A DNA stretch of 64,000 bases from Candidatus Caccovivens sp. (GTDB lineage Bacteria > Bacillota > Clostridia > Christensenellales > UBA1242), in contig JAZRRN010000048.1 of the NCBI GenBank assembly GCA_045650745.1, positions 5,896 to 69,895 on the forward strand, in the 5' to 3' direction. Position 1 is the stretch's first letter. The number at the start of each line of letters is the position of its first letter. Shown in pieces: positions 7,715 through 19,600 of this stretch. Below the pieces are notes generated by a model. That model was not told the DNA's origin and made no database searches. It saw only the letters and a list, made by a program, of their open reading frames with translations. Both the position numbers and the translations under genes were made by a program.

Positions 7715-7742
7715 ACAAATTTGATGTGTTTGTTGACTTAAA

Positions 7743-7773
7743 CAAAAAAAACGAGAGCTAATATTTCTCCCGT
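7743..7773 (-). terminator. Terminator of the 7796..8764 gene
   Basis: Minus strand: ACGGGAG-AAATATTAG-CTCTCGT followed by T8. Confidence 0.65.
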
Positions 7774-7795
7774 TTTTGTTTAATTTTTTATACTT

Positions 7796-8764
7796 TTATG
7801 CATTTCCAATTCTGTCTCTGCTTGAAGTTGTGCCTGTTGTTGAAAGTGGTCTAATCGAATAAATTTGATTTCCTGTTGCGTGAATTTGTTTTTCGATGTC
7901 ACGATCATATTTAACACTTGCAACAAGACCTTGTGGACCATAAATGTCAAGTGTTTTCGCTCTGATAAAATTTTCGATCAAATCACAAGTTTTTCTTGCT
8001 TTGCCATATTCTCTTACCAACTTGTCTTCAAGTTTCCATGAGCAATATTCTGTGCCAGTTCTTGCTTCGGCAAGTTTATATTCCATATAAAACTTTGCTG
8101 GGCTGTGTGTAAGTTCGGCAAATGTCCAAATGTCAACTGGATTTTTTGTTTTTTCGTATCTTTCATAATATCCAACCATCGCTTGCTTGATTGCATTTGC
8201 ATAAGCACCACTGTTTACAAAGTTCATATACCAACAATATTGTCTTCTTGCATTTACGACATATTCTTTGAAATCTTCTTTTGAAAATCTTTCTGCCGTA
8301 AATGGATCCCAATATCTGCCATGATCTCTTTGATCAAGAAGTTCGTTGTATCTAACCCACAACCAGTCGAGTTGTTTGTTGAGTTTTTTCACCGAGTTGA
8401 TGTCATCATTGATAGCAACATTCATATAATCGTTGATGTGCAAAGAAGCAATCACAAGCCATTCTTCTGGAGTTTTTTTGCCTGATTTTGCTTCGATTTC
8501 TTTTGCTTTTGCAACAAGTTCTGGAAGCAATCTTTCCTTTTCTTCCATTTCCAAATACATTGCCAAACTTCTCAAATCGCCTCTTTGTGCAAGATAAATC
8601 AAATCTTCTCTAATCAAGTGCATTTTATATTCTTCACCCACATATCTCTTCTTTGCAAGACTTGCTAAATATGCCTTAACCTTTACAAAATTGTCAAAAT
8701 TTTCATCTCTTGCAAACTCTTGCAAATCCATATCGGCACAAACAAACTTTCCATCTACAAACAT
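7796..8764 (-). CDS. Hypothetical cytoplasmic protein, 322 aa, predominantly helical, no recognisable motif
   Basis: Long ORF with SD AAGGGGA 6 nt upstream of the ATG, its own promoter and its own terminator. No signal peptide. Confidence 0.7.
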   Translation of the reverse strand: MFVDGKFVCADMDLQEFARDENFDNFVKVKAYLASLAKKRYVGEEYKMHLIREDLIYLAQRGDLRSLAMYLEMEEKERLLPELVAKAKEIEAKSGKKTPEEWLVIASLHINDYMNVAINDDINSVKKLNKQLDWLWVRYNELLDQRDHGRYWDPFTAERFSKEDFKEYVVNARRQYCWYMNFVNSGAYANAIKQAMVGYYERYEKTKNPVDIWTFAELTHSPAKFYMEYKLAEARTGTEYCSWKLEDKLVREYGKARKTCDLIENFIRAKTLDIYGPQGLVASVKYDRDIEKQIHATGNQIYSIRPLSTTGTTSSRDRIGNA

Positions 8765-8793
8765 AACATTTCCCCTTTTGCTTTTGTGTTTGA

Positions 8794-8822
8794 ATTATAG
8801 CACCAAAATCACCACTTTTCAA
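8794..8822 (-). promoter_or_regulatory. Promoter of the 7796..8764 gene
   Basis: Minus strand: TTGAAA (8822-8817), 17 nt, TGc-TATAAT (8799-8794). Confidence 0.6.
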
Positions 8823-9026
8823 TAGCAAAACCAAAAAAGAGCCGATTTTTTGCTCTTTTTTCTTTTTTTTGATTTGTTTGTTTTGTATAAGCACTCAAAA
8901 ACCAGCCAACTTTTTCAAAAATATTGATTTTTTGCGAAATTTTGCCCATTTTTGCCACTTTTGTTGCTTAAACAGCACCCAATTCGCCGACTGCCGTTTG
9001 CTTGAAAATAAGCCGATTTTACACAA

Positions 9027-9056
9027 CAAAAAAGACTAGGCAAAAACCCAGTCTTT
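9027..9056 (-). terminator. rpoC terminator
   Basis: Minus strand: AAGACTGGG-TTTTTG-CCTAGTCTT followed by T6, immediately after the rpoC TAA. Confidence 0.7.
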
Positions 9057-9062
9057 GATTTG

Positions 9063-12000
9063 TTATTCAGCAATTTCTTCTGCTTCAACTTTAACAGGAA
9101 CAACTGATCTATATTTCTTAAGACCGCTACCAGCAGGAATAAGTTTTCCGATGATAACATTTTCTTTGATACCGATCAAATTATCAACCTTGCCCTTAAG
9201 CGCAGCGTCTGTCAAAACTCTTGAAGTTTCTTGGAACGAACATGCAGACAAGAATGATTCAGTTGAAAGAGAAGCTTTTGTGATACCGAGAAGGATTCTT
9301 CTTGCGATTGCAGGTCTGCCACCAGCACGAAGTGTCTTTTCGTTTTCTTCTTCACAACGAGAAATGTCAACAACATCTCCAGTAAGAAGATTTGTGTCAC
9401 CAGAATCTTCGATCTTAACTTTCTTAAGCATTTGTCTGATGATGATTTCGATATGTTTGTCATTAACCTTAACATCTTGGCTTCTATAAACAGAGATAAC
9501 TTCTGAAAGCAAGTATTGTTGAAGACCTTTAAGACCTTTTGTTGTCAACAAGTCAGCAGGGTTGATAGCACCAGCAGTAAGTTGTGTGCCAGGTTCTACT
9601 GTTTCGCCGTTTTTAACCTTCAAAACTGCAGGTTTCTTAACTTCGTAATCAATGTCACCTTCACCTGTAACAATTGTGATTTGATATGTCTTAGCATCTT
9701 CTTTAATCTTAACCTTACCAGAAACTTCTGAAAGCAAACATTCACCCTTTGGTCTTCTTGCTTCAAAAATTTCTTCAACCCTAGGAAGACCTTGTGTAAT
9801 ATCGGCAGCGACAGCAGCACCACCTGTGTGGAATGTTCTCATAGTAAGCTGTGTACCAGGTTCACCAATTGATTGAGCAGCGATAATACCAACTGCTTCA
9901 CCAAGAGTAACCATTTCTTTTCCAGCCAAACTTCTTCCGTAACATTTTGCACAAACACCATGTTTGCAACGGCAAGTGATAAGCGAACGAACAGCAACTT
10001 CTTTGATTCCAGCCTTAACGACTTGAGATGCTTGTTCTTTTGAAATCATTGTGTTTGCTTCAACAATAATTTCTTTTGTCTTAGGATCAACAATGTTTTC
10101 AACAGCAACTCTACCGTAAATTCTTTCGTCCAAAGATTCTTGAACAAATCCGTCTTTAACAATATCAGAAACAACAACACCCTTAACTTTTTCGCCTGCA
10201 TCTTCAAAGCAGTCTTCAGTTGTGATTACAACATCTTGAGCGATGTCAACAAGTCTTCTTGTCAAGTAACCAGAGTCAGCTGTTTTCAAGGCTGTATCGG
10301 ACAAACCTTTACGAGAACCACGAGAGTTGATGAAGTATTCGATTGGTGTCAAACCTTGCTTAAATGAAGATTTGATTGGTGTGTCGTTTTTAGTACCAGA
10401 AGCTGTCGCTTTAATACCAATCATACCACAGTCTTGGTTGAGCTGTGTGTTGTTACCACGGGCACCAGAAACGACCATCAAACTAAATGGGTTGAATGCG
10501 TCCATGTTCTTTACAACTGCTGTTGTAACTTGGCTTACGGCATCATTCCAAACTGCAACGTTTTCGTTGATCTTTTCTTCAAGAGTGATAAGACCTCTCT
10601 TGAGCAACTTTTCATTTTCAAGAGCTTTAGCTTCTGCTTCTTTCAAGATTTCAGCTTTTTCAGCTGGTTCTTGAATGTCATAGATGTTTACAGAAACTGA
10701 AGCCAATGTTGAATATTTGTAACCTGTTTCTTTAAGTCTGTCAACAAGTTTAGAACATTCTGTTGTGCCAAATTTGTCATAGCAATCAGCAACAAGTTTC
10801 TTAAGTTCTTTCTTCATAACAGGCTTGTTGATTTCGAGGTCGCACATATTTTCTGGAGTTGATCTGTCTACATAACCAAGGTTTTGTGGAATAATGTTGT
10901 TAAACAAAATTCTACCAACAGATGTTGTAACTCTCTTAGAATATGTTTTTCCATCGATTTCTTTAGAAAGTCTTACTGTAATTTCAGCTTGCAAATCCAA
11001 ATTTTTTGTTTGGTATGCATAGATAACTTCGTTTTTAGAAGCAAAGATTGAGCCTTCGCCTTTAGCGCCTGGCTTAATCAATGTCAAATAATAGCAACCA
11101 AGCACCACGTCTTGTGCTGGTGTAACGATTGGTTCACCATCAGACAATTTCAAGATGTTGTTTGAAGCAAGCATCAATGTTCTAGCTTCGGTTCTTGCAT
11201 CAATTGAAAGTGGAATGTGAACAGGCATTTGGTCTCCGTCGAAGTCGGCGTTGAACGCTGCACACACTGATGGGTGAAGTTTGATCGCTCTACCTTCAAC
11301 CAAAACAGGTTCGAAAGCTTGCACTGACAATCTGTGAAGTGTTGGAGCTCTGTTCAAAAGCACTGGGTGATCTTTGATAACATCAGCCAAAACATCCCAA
11401 ACGATTGGCTTTTCTCTTTCGATCATTCTCTTTGCACTCTTGATGTTGTTTGATTCGTTCAAATCAATAAGTCTGTTGATAATAAATGGTTTGAAGAGTT
11501 CCAATGCCATTTCTTTTGGAAGACCACATTGATACATCTTAAGTTCTGGTCCAACAACGATAACTGAACGGCCTGAATAGTCAACACGCTTACCAAGAAG
11601 GTTTTGTCTAAATCTACCTTGCTTACCACCAAGCATAGCAGTAAGTGATTTCAAATCTCTTTGTTTAGAACCTTGAACAGGTTTGCCTCTCTTACCGTTG
11701 TCAATCAAGTTGTCAACAGCTTCTTGAAGCATTCTCTTTTCGTTTCTAACAATAACATCTGGAGCACCAAGTTCCATCAACTTTTTCAAACGATTGTTTC
11801 TGTTGATAACACGACGATACAAATCGTTCAAGTCACTTGTTGCATATCTGCCACCGTCAAGAGCAACCATAGGTCTCAATTCTGGTGGAAGCACAGGGAT
11901 AACATCAAGCACCATCCAAGTTGGGTTGTTTCCACTCTTTCTGAATGATTCAACAACATCCAATTTCTTTGCTGCTTTGATTTTTCTTTGTCCCTTTGCA

Positions 12001-12593
12001 GTTTTAAGTTCTTCTTTAAGGCTTTCACTATCTCTGTCCAAATCAACATGAGAAAGCAAAACTTTAACTGCTTCAGCACCCATTCCTGCATCAAAGCTGC
12101 CGTAGCCATATTTTTCAATAGCATCACGGTATTCTTTGTCGTTCAAAATTTGTTTATACAACAAATCTGTGTTTTTTGGATCTGTAACAACATAGTTGAT
12201 GTAATAAACAATTTGTTCCAAAGTCTTTGGAGTCAAATCAAGCAATGTGCCGATTCTTGATGGAACAGATCTGAAATACCAAAGGTGTGTAACAGGACAA
12301 GCAAGTTCGATGTGACCCATTCTTTCACGACGAACTTTGCTTCTTGTAACTTCAACCCCACACTTGTCGCAGACTACACCACGATAACGGATTCTTTTAT
12401 ACTTTCCACAATGACATTCCCAGTCCTTTTTAGGTCCAAAAATCTTTTCGCAGAAAAGTCCGTCTTTTTCTGGTTTTTGAGTTCTGTAGTTGATTGTTTC
12501 AGGTTTAGTTACTTCTCCGTGAGACCACTCTCTGATTTTTTCAGGTGAAGCAATACCAATTTTAATTTTTTCAAAATTATTAAGTTCAAACAT
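9063..12593 (-). CDS. rpoC: DNA-directed RNA polymerase subunit beta'
   Basis: 1176 aa. Motifs: N-terminal Zn-binding [23 protein letters not shown], the NADFDGDQM catalytic motif, and bridge-helix/trigger-loop regions. SD AAGGGGA. Confidence 0.98.
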   Translation of the reverse strand: MFELNNFEKIKIGIASPEKIREWSHGEVTKPETINYRTQKPEKDGLFCEKIFGPKKDWECHCGKYKRIRYRGVVCDKCGVEVTRSKVRRERMGHIELACPVTHLWYFRSVPSRIGTLLDLTPKTLEQIVYYINYVVTDPKNTDLLYKQILNDKEYRDAIEKYGYGSFDAGMGAEAVKVLLSHVDLDRDSESLKEELKTAKGQRKIKAAKKLDVVESFRKSGNNPTWMVLDVIPVLPPELRPMVALDGGRYATSDLNDLYRRVINRNNRLKKLMELGAPDVIVRNEKRMLQEAVDNLIDNGKRGKPVQGSKQRDLKSLTAMLGGKQGRFRQNLLGKRVDYSGRSVIVVGPELKMYQCGLPKEMALELFKPFIINRLIDLNESNNIKSAKRMIEREKPIVWDVLADVIKDHPVLLNRAPTLHRLSVQAFEPVLVEGRAIKLHPSVCAAFNADFDGDQMPVHIPLSIDARTEARTLMLASNNILKLSDGEPIVTPAQDVVLGCYYLTLIKPGAKGEGSIFASKNEVIYAYQTKNLDLQAEITVRLSKEIDGKTYSKRVTTSVGRILFNNIIPQNLGYVDRSTPENMCDLEINKPVMKKELKKLVADCYDKFGTTECSKLVDRLKETGYKYSTLASVSVNIYDIQEPAEKAEILKEAEAKALENEKLLKRGLITLEEKINENVAVWNDAVSQVTTAVVKNMDAFNPFSLMVVSGARGNNTQLNQDCGMIGIKATASGTKNDTPIKSSFKQGLTPIEYFINSRGSRKGLSDTALKTADSGYLTRRLVDIAQDVVITTEDCFEDAGEKVKGVVVSDIVKDGFVQESLDERIYGRVAVENIVDPKTKEIIVEANTMISKEQASQVVKAGIKEVAVRSLITCRCKHGVCAKCYGRSLAGKEMVTLGEAVGIIAAQSIGEPGTQLTMRTFHTGGAAVAADITQGLPRVEEIFEARRPKGECLLSEVSGKVKIKEDAKTYQITIVTGEGDIDYEVKKPAVLKVKNGETVEPGTQLTAGAINPADLLTTKGLKGLQQYLLSEVISVYRSQDVKVNDKHIEIIIRQMLKKVKIEDSGDTNLLTGDVVDISRCEEENEKTLRAGGRPAIARRILLGITKASLSTESFLSACSFQETSRVLTDAALKGKVDNLIGIKENVIIGKLIPAGSGLKKYRSVVPVKVEAEEIAE

Positions 12594-12664
12594 ATTATAT
12601 TCCCCTTAATTGCAAACTCTTTGGCTTGCACTTTTACTCAAAATTGTATTTTTTTATACTAGTT

Positions 12665-15600
12665 TTATTCGTCAAAGTCTCCAAAATCGTCAAACAAGTC
12701 GATTTCGTCAAATCCAGCAGGTGTAGAAGTTTGTTCTTCGATTTCTTTTTCAACTTCGCTCTTTTCTTCACCAGCAATCATATCATCAATGTCAATTGTG
12801 ACATTTTTCAAATCTTTCTCAACGTCATTGTCAAGTGTAACCTTGTCTTGTTCGTCTTGTGAAAGTTCTGGAAGTTCGATTTCTTCATCGTTTTCAGTCA
12901 AGATCTTAACATCAAGCGCAAGAGCTTGCAATTCTTTAACCAAAACTTTAAATGATTCAGGAATTCCAGGTTCAGCGATTGGTTGTCCTTTAATAATCGC
13001 TTCAAATGTTTTTGTTCTTCCCACAACGTCGTCTGACTTAACTGTAAGGATTTCTTGAAGCACATGAGATGCACCATAAGCTTCCAAAGCCCAAACTTCC
13101 ATTTCACCAAATCTTTGTCCACCAAACAATGCCTTACCACCAAGTGGTTGTTGTGTGATGAGTGAGTATGGTCCAATAGAACGAGCGTGAATCTTGCTGT
13201 CAACCATGTGGTTAAGTTTAAGCATATACTTCATACCAACAGTTGTCTTGTTTTCAAATGGTTCACCAGTTCTTCCATCATAAAGTTGAATCTTGCCGTC
13301 TTCTGGGAAGTTGTTTTCTTTCAAAAGTGTTTGGATCTTGTCTGCATCAGCACCGTCAAATGATGGTGTAGCCACTTTCCAACCAAGTGAGCCAGCAACA
13401 AGTCCCAAGTGAACTTCGAGCACTTGGCCCAAGTTCATACGTGAAGGAACGCCGAGTGGGTTCAACACGATGTCAAGTGGACGGCCGTTTGCCATAAATG
13501 GCATGTCAGCTTCAGGCATAACGATTGAGATACAACCCTTATTTCCGTAACGACCACTCATTTTGTCTCCGACTGAAAGCTTTCTCTTTTGAGCGATAGT
13601 AACTTTTACAAGTTCGTTTACGCCAGGTTCGAGTTCGTCTTTGTTCTTTCTGCTAAACACTTGAACATCAACAACCACACCACCTTTTCCGTGTTGAACT
13701 CTCAAAGATGTGTCTCTAACTTCTCTAGCTTTTTCACCAAAGATAGCTCTCAAAAGTCTTTCTTCTGGAGAAAGTTCTGTTTCTCCCTTTGGAGTAACTT
13801 TTCCTACCAAGATGTCCCCTGCTCTAACTTCTGCACCAACTCTAACAATACCGTTTTCGTCGAGGTTTTTAAGAGCATCTTCACCAAGGTTTGGAATATC
13901 TCTTGTGATAACTTCATCACCGAGTTTTGTTGTTCTACATTTAAGTTCTTCGACTTTCAAGCAGATAGATGTGTAAACATCTTCTCTTACAAGTCTTTCA
14001 TTGATAAGAATAGCGTCTTCGTAGTTGTATCCTTCCCAGTTCATATAACCAACAAGAACATTCTTTCCAAGAGCCAATTCTCCGTTGTCTGTTGAGTAAC
14101 CATCAATGATTACATCACCTTTCTTAACTTCTTCACCTTTCTTAACACATGGTTTTTGGTTGAAGCAAGTTTCGTCGTTTGTTTTGTCAAATTTGATCAA
14201 GTTGTAAATGTCAACATTTCCGTTTACATTTTTGATTCTAACTTCATCAGCACTTACATATTCAACAACACCATCTTCTTTTGCAAGTTGTGTGTATCCA
14301 CAGTCTTTTGCAACTTTTGATTCCATTCCAGTTCCCACGATTGGAGATTCTGCTCTAAGAAGAGGCACAGCTTGTCTCTGCATGTTTGCACCCATGAGCG
14401 CACGGTTAGCTTCGTTGCTGTTTACAAATGGAATAAGTGATGTTGCCACTGAAATAAATTGTCTTGGAGAAGCATCAACAAAGTCAACTTGTCTTGCAGG
14501 AACTTCGATAGCATAATCTTTGTGTCTGCAGACAATTCTCTTGTTGAGAAGTCTTCCTTCTTCATCAAGTGGTTCTGTTGCTTGAGCAATATATGCTGTA
14601 TCTTCAATGTCAGCCATGAAGTATTCGCACTTACCAGAAACCTTTCCTGTTTCTTTGTCAACTCTTCTGTATGGAGTTTCAAGGAAACCATATTCGTTTA
14701 CTTTTGCATAGCTTGTCAAAGTGTTAACCAAACCAATCGCTTGACCTTCTGGAGTTTCGATAGGGCAGATACGGCCGTAGTTTGTGTAGTGAATATCACG
14801 CACTTCAGCATCAGCTCTTTCTTTCTTAATACCACCAGGGCCCACAGCAGATACACGGCGCTTTTGTGTAATGCCTGAAAGTGGGTTTACTTGGTCCATA
14901 AGTTGTGACAACTGAGAAGATGCCACAAAATCTCTCAAAGCTCTGTTGACAGCTTTTGGATTTACGATTTGTCTTGGTGTAACTTCTGAAAGTTCTTTAC
15001 CTTGCAATGTTTCTCTAACATTTGCAACAAGTTTTGTAACACCAGAACGGAAGTGATCATGGAACAATTCGCCAACAGTTGCAATTCTCTTGTTTGACAA
15101 GTGTTCGATCTTGTCTGTTTTAGCAATTCCTTCCAAAACATCAAGATACATACTCATAGAAGCCAAGATATCGTCCATTGTGAGTGTTGTGATCATCAAA
15201 TCTTTTGCGTGTTCTTTGATCGCAGCCATTCTCTTTTCTTTTGTCTTGTTTTCTTTCAAGAGTTCTGCAAGCACTGGATAATAAACTTCTTCCAAAATTC
15301 CCAAACTCTTTTCGTCGCAAGGGAAAACATCTGAAAGTTTAACTCTGTTGTTACCACGGATCAAATGCTTCTTGTCGTCAAGTTGCACCCAAACTTCGTT
15401 TACACCACTTGCTTGGATTTTGTTTGCAAGTTCGACATCAGCAACAGTTCCTGCTTTAGCGATGATTTCGCCATCTGGAGAAACAACATCTTCAGCCAAG
15501 ATGTGATCTCTGATTCTTCTAGCGATAGAAAGTTTTTTGTTAAGGTTGTATCTTCCTACTCTAGAAAGGTTGTACCATTGTTCTGAGAAGAACCAAAGGT

Positions 15601-16366
15601 TGAGATAACTTCTTGTTGTTTCTGCTGAAGGGACATCTGCTGGTCTAGTTTTTCTAGCAAATTCCAACAAAGCTTCTTCTTGAGTGTTTTGAGTTTCTTT
15701 TTCCAAAACATTCTTTACAAGTCTGTGTCCACCAAACAATTTTGAAATTTCGTCTGCAGTGTAACCAAAGCACTTAAGGAAAAGTCCCAAAGTAACTTTG
15801 TGTTTTCTGTCAAGAACAACTTTCAAAACTTCGTTTGCACCTTGTTCAAATTCGATGTACATACCACGCTTTGGAATGATTTGTCCTCTAAGTGTGCTGT
15901 TGTCTCCCGCTTTATCTCTCAAAAGATAATAGTTTGGCGACTTGATAATTTGGTTTACAACAACTCTTTCAACACCGTTGAAAATAAAAGAACAATCTTC
16001 TGTCATGTAAGGAATGTCACCCAAGAAAACAACATCTTCAACAGCTTGTCCTGTTTCTTCAACAACGAAACGAGCTTTCACATTGAGTGGAACTGAATAT
16101 GTTACGCTTCTTCTCTTGCATTCCTTTTTGTCATATTTAGGTTGAGCATCCAAAATTGGTTCAAGGAAATAGAGTTTTGCCTTTCCTGAATAATCTACGA
16201 TTGGAGAAAATTCATCGAGCACTTCCTTGATTCCGTTTGAGATGAAATCCTTAAAGCTATTTTTTTGGATTTCAAGAAGTGGTGGAATATCGATATAATC
16301 TTTAAGCTGAGCGAAAGTATATCTTTCCGCCTTTCCAAATTTTTGTTTCTTCAAAAAATCTGACAT
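12665..16366 (-). CDS. rpoB: DNA-directed RNA polymerase subunit beta
   Basis: 1233 aa. Conserved blocks include ..GRYNLNKKL.., the ..SQLSQLMDQVNPLS.. Rif region, ..GDKMSGRYGNKG.., and ..GGQRFGEMEVWALEAYGA.. It has an acidic C-terminal tail. SD GAGGGG. Confidence 0.98.
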   Translation of the reverse strand: MSDFLKKQKFGKAERYTFAQLKDYIDIPPLLEIQKNSFKDFISNGIKEVLDEFSPIVDYSGKAKLYFLEPILDAQPKYDKKECKRRSVTYSVPLNVKARFVVEETGQAVEDVVFLGDIPYMTEDCSFIFNGVERVVVNQIIKSPNYYLLRDKAGDNSTLRGQIIPKRGMYIEFEQGANEVLKVVLDRKHKVTLGLFLKCFGYTADEISKLFGGHRLVKNVLEKETQNTQEEALLEFARKTRPADVPSAETTRSYLNLWFFSEQWYNLSRVGRYNLNKKLSIARRIRDHILAEDVVSPDGEIIAKAGTVADVELANKIQASGVNEVWVQLDDKKHLIRGNNRVKLSDVFPCDEKSLGILEEVYYPVLAELLKENKTKEKRMAAIKEHAKDLMITTLTMDDILASMSMYLDVLEGIAKTDKIEHLSNKRIATVGELFHDHFRSGVTKLVANVRETLQGKELSEVTPRQIVNPKAVNRALRDFVASSQLSQLMDQVNPLSGITQKRRVSAVGPGGIKKERADAEVRDIHYTNYGRICPIETPEGQAIGLVNTLTSYAKVNEYGFLETPYRRVDKETGKVSGKCEYFMADIEDTAYIAQATEPLDEEGRLLNKRIVCRHKDYAIEVPARQVDFVDASPRQFISVATSLIPFVNSNEANRALMGANMQRQAVPLLRAESPIVGTGMESKVAKDCGYTQLAKEDGVVEYVSADEVRIKNVNGNVDIYNLIKFDKTNDETCFNQKPCVKKGEEVKKGDVIIDGYSTDNGELALGKNVLVGYMNWEGYNYEDAILINERLVREDVYTSICLKVEELKCRTTKLGDEVITRDIPNLGEDALKNLDENGIVRVGAEVRAGDILVGKVTPKGETELSPEERLLRAIFGEKAREVRDTSLRVQHGKGGVVVDVQVFSRKNKDELEPGVNELVKVTIAQKRKLSVGDKMSGRYGNKGCISIVMPEADMPFMANGRPLDIVLNPLGVPSRMNLGQVLEVHLGLVAGSLGWKVATPSFDGADADKIQTLLKENNFPEDGKIQLYDGRTGEPFENKTTVGMKYMLKLNHMVDSKIHARSIGPYSLITQQPLGGKALFGGQRFGEMEVWALEAYGASHVLQEILTVKSDDVVGRTKTFEAIIKGQPIAEPGIPESFKVLVKELQALALDVKILTENDEEIELPELSQDEQDKVTLDNDVEKDLKNVTIDIDDMIAGEEKSEVEKEIEEQTSTPAGFDEIDLFDDFGDFDE

Positions 16367-16391
16367 AATAAACCCCTCTTGTTAAATTTTC

Positions 16392-16433
16392 AAAAAAAAG
16401 GAATATGGGGGTCAAGAAACCTCCTTATTCCTT
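16392..16433 (-). promoter_or_regulatory. Strong hairpin plus T-run in the rpoB leader (attenuator or upstream-transcript terminator)
   Basis: Minus strand: AAGGAATA-aGGaGG-tttcttga-CCcCC-a-TATTCCTT followed by T6-8. It ends about 25 nt upstream of the rpoB ATG. Confidence 0.55.
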
Positions 16434-16633
16434 TCTTTTAAGTTAAATATGGTAAATATTCTTCAACATTGCGCCAACTAACTAGTAAATTTTAACAAAT
16501 TCTAGATAGAAAGTAAATAGATTTTCAAAAAAAGTTTCCAAAATAGGAAAATTCTGGCTTATATCACCATGTTAGCACAAATCAATATTTTTCTGCAAAT
16601 ATTTTTGGCACATTTTTCAAAAATTTCACCAAA

Positions 16634-16665
16634 CAAAAAACGAGCACACCTTTCAGTGAGCCCGT
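16634..16665 (-). terminator. Terminator of the 3440-aa gene
   Basis: Minus strand: ACGGGCTCAC-TGAAAG-GTGTGCTCGT (imperfect 10-bp stem) followed by T6. Confidence 0.6.
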
Positions 16666-16675
16666 TTTGTTTTGA

Positions 16676-19600
16676 TTATTCTGCCTCAAAAACCTTTGCA
16701 AGTCCATACATTGATGCATACAAATTGTATGAGTTTGAAGATTCATCAGCGTTTGGTCTGATGTAAACAATGTTGCAATAATAGTTTGAATCTGTGGCAA
16801 GAGTAATTCTTCTTGTGATGATTGTCTTGATTTCGCCACCTTCCAATTCTACTTCACCACCTGTAAGATTTCCAGTTGATGAAACTTTCAATGTGCTTGA
16901 CGATTCTTCCTTGCCTTCGTTTGAAACCAAGTCATAAACATGCACTGTAGCTGAAATTGTAGAATCAGTCGATTCAACCGATTGTTCCATAACACCAACA
17001 TTCAAACCAACAACTGCACCTACGCCAGAGTCAATATCTGATGCATAGACATAAATAGATTGATTTGCAACAACATTGAAGTAGTTTCTGTTTCCGGTTG
17101 TTGCAGAAAGTGCAAACGAACCATTGTCAACAATGCAACCAACCAAACCACCAATGCCGGTTTCGTCCATTCTGTGTCCATAAAGGTTGAGTTTGCCCAT
17201 TTCAAGCACAATGTCCTTAAACACAACACGACCAGTTTTGTTGTTGATTGTGCCAACAATTCCACCTACATATTGGAATCCGGTAAATTCGCCAGAAACT
17301 TTGATGTTTGAAATTTCAGCAACTTCGTTGATTACGCCTGCAAAACCACCAAGGTTTTGAATTCCGTTTTGAGTACTTTGTGTGCTGACACTGATTGATT
17401 TTGAAATTGTCACATCGCTGACACTTCCACCACTGATCAATCCAGCAAAACCACCAATACCTTCAGCAGTAAACACTTGCTTGATGTTTGTAAATGCTTG
17501 ATCACTTCCGTGAACATTAACATTCTTCACAGTTCCTCTAGATTCGCCGGTAACAAAACCACCATATCCATAGGCACTGATGATCATGCTGTCATCAACC
17601 AAAACATCAATCTTTTCTGCTGTTGCACCACTGTCGATATATCCAAAGACAAGCCCAGCAGTATCTGCATAAACAGAAACCACTTCGTCAACTTTGATGT
17701 TGTAGATATAACCTCTTCCACTCAAAACGCCAACCAAAGATCCTGCGTAAGAGTATCTGCCCATATCTTCGCCATCAACAAATGCCGATCCACCAATGTT
17801 CCAGTTTCTTACAATAGCTCCCACTTGAGAGTAAAGATTTTGAATTTTATAATTTCCAACAGCAACACCGATGGCACCACCAACAATGTTGTTTCCTTCA
17901 ACATAAACTGCATCTGCACTGTCTCTGACAATGTCAACATTGACGATTGTTCCACCATCAAGTCTTCCTGTAAGAGCACCAACTGAATTTGCGTTTGCAA
18001 ATGAAACGCCCAATGGTTCGTAAGTAAAGTTCATCAAAGTTCCAACAGCGTCTGTCAAACCTGATCTTCCCACTTCTGCAAAAAGACCAGCATAGTTTAC
18101 AGATTCGCTGTCAACGAGTGTTACACCTGAAATCTTCATAAAGTTTCCTTCAAGGTAACCAACAAACTTTGTCTTAAACAATTGACTGTTTTCTGTGTAA
18201 CCTTCGTAAGTCACATCTGAAATCAAACGATAATAAGAATAGTTGAATCCAGCATTTGTGTTTTCTCTTGAGATATAAGTTTCCATTGTCTTGTAGTCAT
18301 TGATAAGGATTGGGTTGTAAACCGAACCCAAAGGTTGACTTGAAAGAGCATAAATGTAAACATATCTTGCAGAAGTTGCACCCTTGTCATCAACAATTGT
18401 TTCGATGCGATCCAATTGTCTTCTTGAATATGCAATGATGTTTGCAGAAACAAGTTCCAATCTGCCAGCATTGAATGTCGCAGAATTGAAGTTTGAATAA
18501 TCGGTGGTGTTGTTATTAAAGAACCAAACCGAATTGATATCTCTTCCTTCAACATAAACATAGTTTTTAAAGTTTTCCATGTTGCCAAATTCTGTACAAG
18601 ACAAAGGTTTGAGTCCTTCTGAATCTTCAAGGGCAATCTCCCCAATATTTTCGTTGAGCCCACTGTCTTGCAAATAATAACAGTCTTCAAGACTTCCTTG
18701 AATAGATCCCTTATAGTTTGTCCTTGCAAAACCATAGTTTGAAGTTTGGTCATTTTCCATAATGCAAGTTGAGAAGCATCTTGCAATATTTCCACCGTTT
18801 TCAAATACAAAGCCTGATGCATAAGTTCCGCTTTGCTTCAATTGAATGTTTGAATAACAATCTGCAACAGTGCCTTCGTTTGAATAAATAAATCCAGCAA
18901 GGCTGTTGCTTGATCTGATTTCGTTTTCAGATCGTTTGTTATAATACATACTGTCTGCACTTGGAGTTCCACTTACATAAGAAGTGAAAATTCTTCCTGA
19001 ATTTGTGTTTGTCACAACAAATCCTGCGGTGTATTCGGCAGTAGTTGTTGTTTCATTTCGCAAGCTTGCGCCCATATAATAAGAACTTGCAATTGTTCCG
19101 CTGTTTTCACCAACAAAACCAGCCAAGTTTACATTACTAAAGATGCTTACCTTGCTTCTTGAGTTTGTGATATAGCCATTGTTTTTGCCGACTAAACCAG
19201 CAACATAAGCAGAAGAGGCTTTTTCCGAACATACAACAGAAAGTGTTGAGTTGTTTGAAGCCTCAACCGAGCAGTTTGTGATGATGCCTTCGTTGCTTGC
19301 AGTCAACAACCCTACATCAAATGATCCTGCACCAGTTTTGAAAATTGTGTCACTTGTCATTCTGACTGTAACATTTTGCAAAATTGCATCACTTTCATTT
19401 GTTGCAAACACACCAATTTGTGTTGCTGAGCCAAAATCATAAGTGCCTGCAAATTGCAAAGAATAGCCATTTCCGTCAAGTCCAGCAATTCTTGCTGTAA
19501 GTGGAACAAATTGTTCTACATCATTGATTGCCGCATATTCCATGCTTGGCAAAACAATGTCGTTGAGCAAGATATACCACTCGCCATCTGCCATCTTTTC

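Noticed and set aside
8915-9160. 81-aa ORF overlapping the 3' end of rpoC
   Set aside because: It overlaps the rpoC coding sequence and its terminator, has no SD and has an implausible composition.
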